Shown here: one piece after another, positions 19,627-28,436 of the stretch | How the letters are laid out: each line of letters begins with the position of its first letter | Numbering within the stretch: position 1 is the first letter of the stretch | DNA from: Aquihabitans sp. | Lineage (GTDB): Bacteria; Actinomycetota; Acidimicrobiia; Acidimicrobiales; Iamiaceae | Reading direction: 5' to 3' | Assembly: GCA_036263575.1 (NCBI GenBank) | Contig: DATAGR010000794.1 | Coordinates: forward strand, 1-51,860 | Length of the DNA stretch: 51,860 nucleotides | Position numbers and translations under genes: made by a program | The notes under the pieces: model-generated | What the model was told of the DNA's origin: nothing | The model's input: only the letters and a program-made list of their open reading frames with translations | The model's database searches: none

Positions 19627-19805
19627 TCGCCGCCGTCACCGTCCGCTGCGACGACTGCCGCACCGAGCAGACCATCCGCGGCACCAACCTGGCCACGGCC
19701 CGCACCGTCCTCCGGGCCAGCGGGTGGGAGCACACCGTCGAGAACGGCCGGGCCACCGACCGGTGCCCCGGCTGCCTCCAGGACGTCACGAGGAAGCTCC
19801 CATGA
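19623..19805 (+). CDS. Small Zn-ribbon protein
   Basis: CDDC...GW...DRCPGC. Confidence 0.65.
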   Translation: MIAAVTVRCDDCRTEQTIRGTNLATARTVLRASGWEHTVENGRATDRCPGCLQDVTRKLP

Positions 19806-20293
19806 GCCGCGACCTGATCGTCGGCGTCGACCCCGGCGGCACCGGGGCCATCGCCTTCCTCGACGTCCGCACCGGCGACCTCGTCGACGTCCACGACATG
19901 CCCGCCCACGGCGGCATCGTCTCCGCCCCGCTCGCCGCCGACCTCCTCCAGAGGATGGCCTTCCAGTACGGCCGCCTCGTCATCGCCTGGGTCGAAGACG
20001 TGCACTCCATGCCCAAGCAGGGGGTGGCCTCCTCGTTCAAGTTCGGCCGGGCTTTCGGCACCATCATCGGCGTCCTCGGCGGGGCCCGGGTCCCTGTCGA
20101 GTACGTCACGCCCGCCGTCTGGAAGCGGACCGCAGGGCTCAAGGCCGACAAGGGCATGAGTCGCCGGCGAGCCATCGAGCTCTGGCCCGACCACTCCACC
20201 GCCTTCGCCCGGGTCAAGGACGACGGCCGGGCCGAGGCGGCGCTCGTGGCTCGCCACGGGTGGCTGCTGCGGACCCAGGGGGTGGCGGCATGA
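19802..20293 (+). CDS. RuvC-like Holliday junction resolvase
   Basis: IVGVDPGGTGAIA, VEDVHSMPKQGVASSFKFG, WK, DDGRAEAAL. Confidence 0.88.
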   Translation: MSRDLIVGVDPGGTGAIAFLDVRTGDLVDVHDMPAHGGIVSAPLAADLLQRMAFQYGRLVIAWVEDVHSMPKQGVASSFKFGRAFGTIIGVLGGARVPVEYVTPAVWKRTAGLKADKGMSRRRAIELWPDHSTAFARVKDDGRAEAALVARHGWLLRTQGVAA

Positions 20294-20541
20294 CCACCAC
20301 CCCGCCACCAGCCGGGGACGCCCCCGCCGCCTGCCCGACGTGCGAGCGCGTCCTGACCCCGTACCACCGCCCCAGCGACGACACCTACCGGTTCCCCGAG
20401 CACCCCGTCGCCAACTGGCTCGACCAGCCCGAGGTCGAGGGCCACCGCTGCTGCGAGTCCAACGACCCCGTCCGCCCCTACGACTACCGGGCCGCCGAGC
20501 GCGCGGCACGAGCAGCGGGGGAGCAGGGGGCGGCGGCATGA
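20290..20541 (+). CDS. Hypothetical protein (Cys-containing)
   Basis: Coupled; CPTC. Confidence 0.55.
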   Translation: MTTTPPPAGDAPAACPTCERVLTPYHRPSDDTYRFPEHPVANWLDQPEVEGHRCCESNDPVRPYDYRAAERAARAAGEQGAAA

Positions 20542-22262
20542 GCGCCACCTACGTCGTCGCCGACGTCCGAGACGCCCTCGCAGCCCTCCCGGACGGCTCC
20601 GCGGACCTGGTGCTGACCTCGCCGCCGTTCCTGGCGCTGCGCTCGTATCTCCCGAGTGACCACCCGGACAAGGGCCGGGAGATCGGGTCGGAGCCGACCC
20701 CGGCGGCGTTCCTCGACACGCTGCTGGGTCTGTCCGCGGAGTGGCGGCGGGTGCTGGCACCGCACGGGACGCTCGCCGTCGAGCTGGGTTCGACCTACTC
20801 GGGAGGCAGCCGCAAGGGCGGCGACTACGCCGACGGAGCATGGAGGGGCGACCAGGAGAAGTTCGGAGGCTCGTCGTCCTCGTCCCGTGAGTCGGGGTGG
20901 TCCATTGCCCAGGCGACATGGCTCGCCGGCGTGATCGACACAGAGGGTTACATCGGCGTTCGCCGGCAGGAATCCCAGCGCCGCTCCCCGTCGTTCCAAA
21001 CCCAAGTGCGGGTCACGATGATGGAGCGCCAGGTGGTCGACCGGTGCGCTGAGGTCACCGGCGTCGGCAACGTCACCCAGGACGGGCGCGGCGCCTACTC
21101 GTGGTCAGCGAACGGGCAGATGGCCCGGTACGTGCTGACCAACATTTGGCCCCACCTGCTCATCAAGAAGCGCCAGGCGATGGCCGGCATCGAGCTCCAG
21201 CGCCACATCGAGGACACGAAGCGACGAGGCCAGTACGCCCCGCTCGAGACCGGCGACGTCGAGTACCGGCAGATGATCCGTGAGTACGTCATGGGCCTGA
21301 ACGCTCGAGGCGAGGAGCGGGGCGTGTACCAGCCAGAGTGGACCCCTCCGACGCCACCCCGGATTCAGCACTCAGCGACGGGCGCCTTCGACGGGTGGCC
21401 CCTCGACAAGTGCGATGCGCTCATCCCCGAGATGTACCGGCTCGCTCTCGCCTACGGCCGCAACCCTCTGACCGGGGAGGAGTCTCCAGCGGGCATGTGG
21501 CGCATCCGCAACGTGGTGAGGTGGGTTCGCGCCAACCCCCCAGTTGGGGCTTTGGGTGACAAATTTCGCTGTGCCACGAGCGACCTGGTGGTGGCGTGCA
21601 CCAGCCGCACCCGATGGTTCGACCTCGACGCCGTCCGCACTCCGCACCAGGAGGCCAGCCGCATCCGGGCTACCCCGCGACCAAAGCGGCACGACGACAG
21701 CCACCCGGGCACCGGTTGGACGTCCGCCCGCCCAGAGGTCGACCAGAACCCTGCGGGTGCTCCGCCGCTCGACTGGTGGTCCATCCCACCCGGCGGCTAC
21801 AAGGGCAGCCACTACGCCGTGTTCCCCCCCGAGCTGTGCCGGCGTCCCATCGAAGCGATGTGCCCCCGCCGGGTGTGCCGCACCTGCGGAACCCCCAGCC
21901 GACGGGAGACAGAGAACCCGAACGCCGGTCACGGCCGGAACCCTTGGGGCGGCCAGGTTGGCGAGCATGGGTTCGGTGACCGTCCCAATGTCGCCGAGCG
22001 ACTGACCACCGGCTGGTCGTCGTGCGGTTGCCCCGGCACCGACGGTCTCCGGTTGGACGGCTGGCACCGCGGCAACGGCTGGCGCCCCGGGCTCGTCCTA
22101 GACCCGTTCGGAGGCTCCGGTACGACCGGATTGGTGGCGACCGGTCTGGGCCGTGACGCCCTCCTGTTCGACCTCGACGCCCGCAACCTCGACCTGGCCC
22201 GGGAACGGCTCGGGATGCTCCTCGCCGAGTCCACCCTCGACGAGCTGGGGGCGGCGGCATGA
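20538..22262 (+). CDS. Beta-class N4-C/N6-A DNA methyltransferase with an in-frame LAGLIDADG endonuclease insert
   Basis: TSPPF motif IV; HYAVFPPEL; DPFGGSGTT motif I; internal WLAGVIDTEGYI...IWPHLLIKKRQA. Confidence 0.88.
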   Translation: MSATYVVADVRDALAALPDGSADLVLTSPPFLALRSYLPSDHPDKGREIGSEPTPAAFLDTLLGLSAEWRRVLAPHGTLAVELGSTYSGGSRKGGDYADGAWRGDQEKFGGSSSSSRESGWSIAQATWLAGVIDTEGYIGVRRQESQRRSPSFQTQVRVTMMERQVVDRCAEVTGVGNVTQDGRGAYSWSANGQMARYVLTNIWPHLLIKKRQAMAGIELQRHIEDTKRRGQYAPLETGDVEYRQMIREYVMGLNARGEERGVYQPEWTPPTPPRIQHSATGAFDGWPLDKCDALIPEMYRLALAYGRNPLTGEESPAGMWRIRNVVRWVRANPPVGALGDKFRCATSDLVVACTSRTRWFDLDAVRTPHQEASRIRATPRPKRHDDSHPGTGWTSARPEVDQNPAGAPPLDWWSIPPGGYKGSHYAVFPPELCRRPIEAMCPRRVCRTCGTPSRRETENPNAGHGRNPWGGQVGEHGFGDRPNVAERLTTGWSSCGCPGTDGLRLDGWHRGNGWRPGLVLDPFGGSGTTGLVATGLGRDALLFDLDARNLDLARERLGMLLAESTLDELGAAA

Positions 22263-22435
22263 CCTGCTCGACTTGCCCCCACCCGGCCACCCACCGGCTC
22301 CGCTCCGGCCACCTGCTCTGCGATGGCTGCGCCACCCGCACCACCGCCGCCCTCGACCGGGCCCACCAGGCCCGGCTCCCACGTCCGCTGGAGGTCCAGG
22401 GCCACCTCGACCTCGCCCCAGGAGAAGCTGCATGA
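22259..22435 (+). CDS. Small Zn-finger protein
   Basis: MTCSTC...LCDGC; coupled on both sides. Confidence 0.55.
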   Translation: MTCSTCPHPATHRLRSGHLLCDGCATRTTAALDRAHQARLPRPLEVQGHLDLAPGEAA

Positions 22436-22830
22436 CCGACCACATGGGATCCGTCTACCGCTACGACACGCTCGGCTGCCGCTGCGACGCCTGCCGGGCC
22501 GCCAACGCCCGCAAGCACCGCGACATCCGAGCCCGACGTCAGAACAGCAACCGGCCCCGCGACCGCTGGGCGGAGACCGAGCCCCACGACGGCCCCGAAG
22601 CCGACCCCCGATGGCGGGAGGACGCGGCCTGCCGCGGCACCGACCCGGGGCTCTGGTTCCCCCCGCAGAGCGTCACCCTGTCGGCCGAGGTCCGCGCCAT
22701 CTGCGGCGGGTGCCCCGTCCGAACCGAGTGCCAGGAGTACGCCATCGTCACCGTCCAGACCCACGGGATCTGGGGCGGGCTGACACGGCGGGACCTCGAG
22801 GCCGCCCGACGTCGACGGCGGGCGGCGTGA
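22432..22830 (+). CDS. whiB: WhiB-family regulator with N-terminal GCRCDAC Zn-finger
   Basis: AACRGTDPGLWFP...ICGGCPVRTEC...GIWGG. Confidence 0.92.
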   Translation: MTDHMGSVYRYDTLGCRCDACRAANARKHRDIRARRQNSNRPRDRWAETEPHDGPEADPRWREDAACRGTDPGLWFPPQSVTLSAEVRAICGGCPVRTECQEYAIVTVQTHGIWGGLTRRDLEAARRRRRAA

Positions 22831-24353
22831 AGGTCGGCTCCCTCTTCTCCGGCTACGGCGGCCTCGACCTCGCCGTCGAAGCGCATTTCGGCGCCGAGAC
22901 CGCCTGGCAGGTCGAGGTGGACCCGCACGCCTCCAAGGTGCTCGTTGCCCGCTTCCCCGGCGTGCCCAACCTCGGCGACATCACCCAGATCGACTGGGCG
23001 CAGGTGGAGCTCGTCGACATCTTGTGCGGGGGCTTCCCGTGCCAGGACATCAGCTCAGCCGGCCTCGGTGCCGGCATCAAGGAAGGCACCCGCAGTGGCC
23101 TCTGGTTCCGATATGCCGACGCCGTTCGCGTTCTACGACCGAGGTACGTGGTCATCGAGAACGTCGGAGCTCTTCTCCGACGAGGGCTCGACATCGTCCT
23201 CGGTGACCTGGCCGCGCTCGGGTATGACGCGGAGTGGACGTGCCTACGTGCTGCCGACGTCGGTGCCCCGCATCGACGCGAGCGCGTCTTCCTCGTTGCC
23301 CACCCCCACGACGTCGCTGGGGGGACCCAGGGGGAAGCCGAACCGGGAGACGGCACGGCGACGGTTGGAAGACGAGGGGCGACGTTGTCTCGACGACGCG
23401 GTGACGATGCTCCCGACGCCGACGGCAGGGGATTCGGTCGGATCGAGGAACAGCACGGCCAGGCGCCGCCCCGACTCGACCGGGAACATCGGCGACACGC
23501 TGACCGACGCGGTGTGGAAGACGCACGGAGCGCCCGAGGGCGCCCTGGTGAAGGAGGGTTCAGTGCCGCTGCTGCCGACACCGGCGGTGAACGACATGGG
23601 GGAGGGCAAGACGGTCGAGGCGTGGGACGAGTGGACCGGGAAGATGCGGGAGGCCCACGGGAACGGGAACGGCCACGGCAAGTCGCTGGCGATCGAAGCG
23701 CAACGGCTGACTGTCACACCCCAGGAGGAGGATTGACCCATGGGGACCCAACCGAAGCCGGACCCAGAGAAGTTCTGCCCCGTCTGCGGGACGCAGATGT
23801 TCCGCAAGCGGTTCAACGGCCGACTCGAGGACCGGACCCGGTTCCTGACACGGGTCAACTGTTCACAGAGCTGCGGGAACACGAAGGTCGACGTGACGAA
23901 GGACGCCCACCACTGGCGGGCTCGCCAGCACAGGGGCGTGGCGTGCGAGGACTGCGGGACGACGAAGGGGCTGCACGTCCACCACGTCGACCGGGACCAC
24001 ACGAACAACGACCCATCGAACCTGCGGACGCTCTGCGGGTCCTGTCACCTGCGTCTGCACTGGCGGGAGGATCGACCGGCACGGATGGCGTCAGCTGGGG
24101 GCCGTACGGCCCGGCGATCCATCGCTGGGAACTGATCCTCGGGCGCCCTGCGCCACAACCCACAGATGAGAAGGGGCGGCTCTCGCCCTGGTTCGTCGAG
24201 TTCCTCATGGGCCTACCGGAGGGGTGGGTGTGCGACCACCTCGACCGCCGCCCGGCCCTTCGTGCGCTCGGGAACGGCGTGGTTCCGCAACAGGCGCTCG
24301 CCGCCCTCCGCCTGCTCGACGCCCTCGGCGTCGGTTCGAAGGCCGCAGCGTGA
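22827..24353 (+). CDS. C5-cytosine DNA methyltransferase (main frame)
   Basis: SLFSGYGG, GGFPCQD, ENV, PHRRERVF, LMGLPEGW, LGNGVVPQQA. Confidence 0.9.
   Translation: MKVGSLFSGYGGLDLAVEAHFGAETAWQVEVDPHASKVLVARFPGVPNLGDITQIDWAQVELVDILCGGFPCQDISSAGLGAGIKEGTRSGLWFRYADAVRVLRPRYVVIENVGALLRRGLDIVLGDLAALGYDAEWTCLRAADVGAPHRRERVFLVAHPHDVAGGTQGEAEPGDGTATVGRRGATLSRRRGDDAPDADGRGFGRIEEQHGQAPPRLDREHRRHADRRGVEDARSARGRPGEGGFSAAAADTGGERHGGGQDGRGVGRVDREDAGGPRERERPRQVAGDRSATADCHTPGGGLTHGDPTEAGPREVLPRLRDADVPQAVQRPTRGPDPVPDTGQLFTELREHEGRRDEGRPPLAGSPAQGRGVRGLRDDEGAARPPRRPGPHEQRPIEPADALRVLSPASALAGGSTGTDGVSWGPYGPAIHRWELILGRPAPQPTDEKGRLSPWFVEFLMGLPEGWVCDHLDRRPALRALGNGVVPQQALAALRLLDALGVGSKAAA
23113..23736 (+). CDS. 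Overlapping +1-frame ORF, putative second methyltransferase subunit with LPTP repeats
   Basis: TWPRSGMTRSG then three LPTP units; nested in the MTase gene. Confidence 0.6.
   Translation: MPTPFAFYDRGTWSSRTSELFSDEGSTSSSVTWPRSGMTRSGRAYVLPTSVPRIDASASSSLPTPTTSLGGPRGKPNRETARRRLEDEGRRCLDDAVTMLPTPTAGDSVGSRNSTARRRPDSTGNIGDTLTDAVWKTHGAPEGALVKEGSVPLLPTPAVNDMGEGKTVEAWDEWTGKMREAHGNGNGHGKSLAIEAQRLTVTPQEED
23740..24135 (+). CDS. HNH endonuclease nested in the C5 MTase gene (+1 frame)
   Basis: Strong AGGAGGAGG RBS; CPVC..CSQSC; CEDC...HVHHVDRDHTNNDPSNLRTLCGSCH. Confidence 0.85.
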   Translation: MGTQPKPDPEKFCPVCGTQMFRKRFNGRLEDRTRFLTRVNCSQSCGNTKVDVTKDAHHWRARQHRGVACEDCGTTKGLHVHHVDRDHTNNDPSNLRTLCGSCHLRLHWREDRPARMASAGGRTARRSIAGN

Positions 24354-24521
24354 CCACCTCCACCCCGTGCATCCCGCCGCTGGGCCCGGATGCAGCCACG
24401 GTGCTCCCAGAACGTGAAGGACCCGGCGACGCTGACGACGTCCCGGGTCCGTGGCCGACGATAGGAGAGGCGCCGACGTGGACATCGTGACCAGCGGGCT
24501 CCTGCCACCAGGGATGCGCAC

Positions 24522-26867
24522 TTGAGCGCCGCCGAGCAGCCCCTCCCGCTCTTCGCGGCCGCCGTCGAGCGGTACCGCGACGCTGGGTGGGAGGGCGTCC
24601 TGCCGATCCCGGCCCGGAAGAAGTCGAGCCCCCCGTCCGGGTTCACCGGCGACTCCGGCGCCTACCCGACCGAGGTGCAGCTCAGCGCGTGGGCGCGCGG
24701 TGCTCCCGACGCCAACATCGCCCTGCGGATGCCGCCTGACGTCATCGGCATCGACGTCGACGCCTACGGCGACAAGCCCGGCGGCAGGACCCTGGCCGCC
24801 CTTGAGGCCCAACTGGGTCCGCTCCCGTACACCTGGACCTCCACCAGCCGCCACGACGGGGTCAGCGGGATCCGGCTCTACAAGATCCCGCCCGGCGTCA
24901 AGCTCGTCGGATCGCTGCCGGGCATCGAGATCATCCAGCGCCACCACCGCTACGCCGTCGTGGCCCCCTCCATCCACCCCGACGGGCGCGAGTACCGCTG
25001 GATCGACCCCGACGGCGTCGAGGGGAGCGACGTCGCCTACCGCGAGGACGTCCCCGACCTCCCGCCTGCCTGGCTCGAGCACCTCCGAGCCGATCGCCAC
25101 ACGACCGCCGAGCGGCGCGTCCTGGCCACCGGACAGCAGGAGCCCTCCAGGGCCGTCGACAGCGCCCTCGGCGGGGCCATGCGGCGCCTCACCGTCGGCA
25201 CCCGCCACGACGGCGCCCTCTCCGGCGTCACGGCCCTCACCCGGCTCGCCCACGAAGGCCACCCCGGCGCAGACGACGCCATCGCCACCCTCCAGCGGGC
25301 CTTCCTCGCCGCCGTGGCGGCCGACGGCAGCCGCAACGAGCGCGAGGCCGCCGCCGAGTGGCAGCGGATGGTCGACAGCGCCGAGCAGCTCGTAACCACC
25401 ACGCCCTCGACCCGACCATCCTGGGACGAGCTCACCGCCCAGAAGATCGACCCGTTCGCTGGGATCCTGCCGGCCGGGACGGTCACGACCCCCTCGCCCA
25501 CACAGACCCCCGAGCGACCACCCGAGGGCGAAGAGGACCCCGACGGGGATCCGGCCCCCGACGAGGGCGACCCGACGATCGACGGCGACGACTGGGAGCC
25601 GGCTGACATCCGAGGCGCCCTCGACGTCGGGCTCGTCTCCCCACGACCCACGATCCTCCGTCCCATCGACACCGACCTCGGCCTCATCTACGAGGGCCGG
25701 GTCAACATGATCTTCGGCGAGTCCGGCGCCGGGAAGACGTGGTTGGCCCTCGCGGCGGTCGCCGAGGCCATCCGCGACGGGCTCCACACGGTCATCATCG
25801 ACCTCGAGGACAGCCTCGTGGGGACCCTGACCCGCCTCCGGGCCCTCGGGCTCACCGACGACCAGCTCGTCAACCAGCTCTCCTACATCGCGCCAGACAC
25901 CGCATGGGGGGTCCGGGGCGCCACCGTCCTCGCCCGGATCATGGCCGCCCACGACGTCGCCCTCGTCGTCATCGACTCCGTCGGCGAGGCCATGGCTGCC
26001 GCCGGCGTGAAGGGCAACAACGACGACGAGGTCGCCGAGTGGATGAAGAACTTTCCCCGGGCCATATCGGTCCGGGGGCCGGGCGTCCTGCTCCTCGACC
26101 ACGTCCCCAAGGACGCCAACGCCCCCGCCGGCTACTCCATCGGCTCCCAGCGCAAGCGCGCCGCGGTCACCGGCGCCTCGTACCGGGTCGACGCCATCAA
26201 GGTGCCCAGCCGCAGCGACGACGGCATCTTGGAGATCACCGCCGCCAAGGACCGCTGGGGCCATCACACCCAGGGCCGCAAGGTGGCCACCGTCAGGGTC
26301 ACCCACGGGCTCGGGAACCTGCTCTCGGTCACCCTCCTGGCCCCCGAGGGGATGCCGAAGGCACCTGACGGCGAGGACCGCCCCACCGAGCTCATGGAAC
26401 AGGTGAGCCGCTACCTGGAGACCAACCCCCGGGCGACCACCAACGCCATCAAGACCGTCGTCGGCGGCAAGGCCCAGTACGTCGCCCAGGCCATCCGCCG
26501 GCTCGTCGTCGAGGGCTACGTGTTGCAGGAGGGCGGCCCCAACCGGAGCCACCTCCATTCGTCGATCGAGGCCTTCCGCAAGCCCGGAGGTGACCTCGAC
26601 GGACTCATCGCACCGGCCTCCAACCCTGTGGACAACCCTGTGGACAACCCTGGTTCGCTGGGTGAGTCCCGGGTGAGTCCCGGTGAGTCCCCGAGTCCCG
26701 GGAACCACCCAGTCCCGGTGAGTCCCGTCCCGCCCCCCCCCGTAGGGGGCGGGACTCACCAGAGGGACCCACAAGAACCCACCTCAAGCGTCGGGTGGGT
26801 CCCGGACTCACCGGAGGGCTCCCTCGACGAAGAAGCCCTCGAGGACATGAGGAGGCACCGACCCTGA
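24522..26867 (+). CDS. Bifunctional primase-polymerase / AAA helicase
   Basis: NIALRM...IGIDVD prim-pol; GESGAGKT Walker A; VVIDS Walker B; LLDH. Confidence 0.9.
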   Translation: MSAAEQPLPLFAAAVERYRDAGWEGVLPIPARKKSSPPSGFTGDSGAYPTEVQLSAWARGAPDANIALRMPPDVIGIDVDAYGDKPGGRTLAALEAQLGPLPYTWTSTSRHDGVSGIRLYKIPPGVKLVGSLPGIEIIQRHHRYAVVAPSIHPDGREYRWIDPDGVEGSDVAYREDVPDLPPAWLEHLRADRHTTAERRVLATGQQEPSRAVDSALGGAMRRLTVGTRHDGALSGVTALTRLAHEGHPGADDAIATLQRAFLAAVAADGSRNEREAAAEWQRMVDSAEQLVTTTPSTRPSWDELTAQKIDPFAGILPAGTVTTPSPTQTPERPPEGEEDPDGDPAPDEGDPTIDGDDWEPADIRGALDVGLVSPRPTILRPIDTDLGLIYEGRVNMIFGESGAGKTWLALAAVAEAIRDGLHTVIIDLEDSLVGTLTRLRALGLTDDQLVNQLSYIAPDTAWGVRGATVLARIMAAHDVALVVIDSVGEAMAAAGVKGNNDDEVAEWMKNFPRAISVRGPGVLLLDHVPKDANAPAGYSIGSQRKRAAVTGASYRVDAIKVPSRSDDGILEITAAKDRWGHHTQGRKVATVRVTHGLGNLLSVTLLAPEGMPKAPDGEDRPTELMEQVSRYLETNPRATTNAIKTVVGGKAQYVAQAIRRLVVEGYVLQEGGPNRSHLHSSIEAFRKPGGDLDGLIAPASNPVDNPVDNPGSLGESRVSPGESPSPGNHPVPVSPVPPPPVGGGTHQRDPQEPTSSVGWVPDSPEGSLDEEALEDMRRHRP
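26621..26812. repeat. Putative replication origin: two DnaA-type boxes plus GGTGAGTCCC iterons
   Basis: TGTGGACAA at 26627 and 26639; GGTGAGTCCC at 26661, 26672, 26682, 26717; inverted copies at 26751 and 26804. Confidence 0.7.
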
Positions 26868-26937
26868 TGACCTCGCGTCCCTTCGCTCGCCCGGCGAGCG
26901 CCTCCACACCTGTCAACCCGACCCAGGAGTCGACTCC

Positions 26938-27144
26938 ATGATGATCACACCAGCCGCAGCCGATCGGTTGCGCGTCGACGACCACTCGCCACCCGAGCCG
27001 CTCACGTCGGACGAGTTGCGGGAGGCCGCCATCGCCTGTGCCCACTTCGGCATCGACCGCCTCCGCCCCGTGCTCGATCCACTAGCCGACCGTCTGCGCC
27101 AGCACGCCGCCCACATCGACGCGCTCGAGGAGCGGCTGGGATGA
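26938..27144 (+). CDS. Hypothetical protein
   Basis: AGGAG RBS; coupled. Confidence 0.55.
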   Translation: MMITPAAADRLRVDDHSPPEPLTSDELREAAIACAHFGIDRLRPVLDPLADRLRQHAAHIDALEERLG

Positions 27145-27440
27145 CCCCGGGCATCACTGTCTGGGTCGTCGAGAAGGTCGACGACAACGTCGACTACGGG
27201 TGCAACCCGGACACCGAGATCCTCGGCGTCTACGCCACGCTGGCCGCCGCCCAGGAGCACCACCCGTCGCCGGCCTGGGGGCACCACGACCCGGTCGGCG
27301 CCTACCCGGAGGCGTGGGTGTCCGCCGACGGCGGCCTCACCATCGAGCCCTACGTCGTCCAGGGCCCGCCGGTCCGGTGCCGGCACTGCCACGAGCTCGA
27401 CCCCGCCCACGACCCCGATTGCCCGGAGGCGACCCGATGA
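27141..27440 (+). CDS. Hypothetical protein
   Basis: ILGVYATLAAA; C-terminal CRHC. Confidence 0.6.
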   Translation: MTPGITVWVVEKVDDNVDYGCNPDTEILGVYATLAAAQEHHPSPAWGHHDPVGAYPEAWVSADGGLTIEPYVVQGPPVRCRHCHELDPAHDPDCPEATR

Positions 27441-27739
27441 GCCGCATGATGCCCTACGAGTGCGAGCATGGCGTCACCGTCGACTGGGGGGACTTCGGCC
27501 CCCACCAGTCCGACGAGGACTGCCGCCGCGACTACGGCCGCTGGCCCGGTGACGGTGCTCCTTGCCCGACCTGCTACCCGACCTGCCCGCAGTGCGACGC
27601 CGACGAGGCGATCCGATGGGCCGCCGCGGTCAGCCGCATGCGATTCGTCCTCGATCGCGTCCCCCGCAAGGTGGGGCACTTCAAGGGCGGCGATCCCGAG
27701 GCGGCGCTGCTGTACGTCCTCGAGGGGGAGCCATCGTGA
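27437..27739 (+). CDS. Cys-rich hypothetical protein
   Basis: CEHG, CPTC, CPQC; coupled. Confidence 0.6.
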   Translation: MSRMMPYECEHGVTVDWGDFGPHQSDEDCRRDYGRWPGDGAPCPTCYPTCPQCDADEAIRWAAAVSRMRFVLDRVPRKVGHFKGGDPEAALLYVLEGEPS

Positions 27740-28278
27740 CCACCGCCGACCGCATCGCCACCACCGACCCCGCCGCCTGGCGCCCACCCGACACCGCCCC
27801 GTGCCGCGCCACCTCCAGCCAGGGCGTCAACTTCTTCCCTGACCGGACCAGCGCCGAGGTCGGCTGGAACCGCTACGACGCCGGCCGCTCCGCCAAGGCC
27901 ATCTGCGCCGGCTGCCCCCTCGCTGCCCCGTGCGTCACCGCCGCGGTCGCCCGCAACGAGCGCTGGGCGATCTGGGGCGGCGCCGGCGGTGGCCGACGCC
28001 GGGCCCTGCGCCGATGGTGGGGGACCGAGCACTGGCCCGACGCCCTCGCCGCCCACATGCGCGACCTCCACGGCCAGCGGGCCCAGCCCGACGACGACCG
28101 GTGGCTCAAGGTGGGTGGGGCCGAGCGCGAGTGCGGCAAGCGGGGCACGTTCGCCACCGGCTGCCGCTGCGACCCGTGCTCGGTGCGGGCCGGCGTCGAG
28201 GGGGCGATGGCGTCCACCAGGTTCGGGCGGTCGCTGTCCCCAGCGGTGGCGGCCTGGGCCGAGGGGGTGGCGGCGTGA
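27736..28278 (+). CDS. whiB: Second WhiB-family regulator with C-terminal GCRCDPC Zn-finger
   Basis: PCR...NFFP...AKAICAGCPLAAPC...AIWGG. Confidence 0.85.
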   Translation: MTTADRIATTDPAAWRPPDTAPCRATSSQGVNFFPDRTSAEVGWNRYDAGRSAKAICAGCPLAAPCVTAAVARNERWAIWGGAGGGRRRALRRWWGTEHWPDALAAHMRDLHGQRAQPDDDRWLKVGGAERECGKRGTFATGCRCDPCSVRAGVEGAMASTRFGRSLSPAVAAWAEGVAA

Positions 28279-28436
28279 CCCTCCGCACCGTGCTCGGCCT
28301 CAGCGCCGACGACCTGCGCCTCGCCGCCCGCACCATCGACGCCTTCACCGGCGCCCCCGCCGACGACTGGGGACTGGCCGCCCGCCTCCGGGCCGCCGCC
28401 GCCCTGCTCGACCCACCCACCGAGGAGCCCACATGA
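28275..28436 (+). CDS. Hypothetical protein
   Basis: Coupled. Confidence 0.5.
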   Translation: MTLRTVLGLSADDLRLAARTIDAFTGAPADDWGLAARLRAAAALLDPPTEEPT

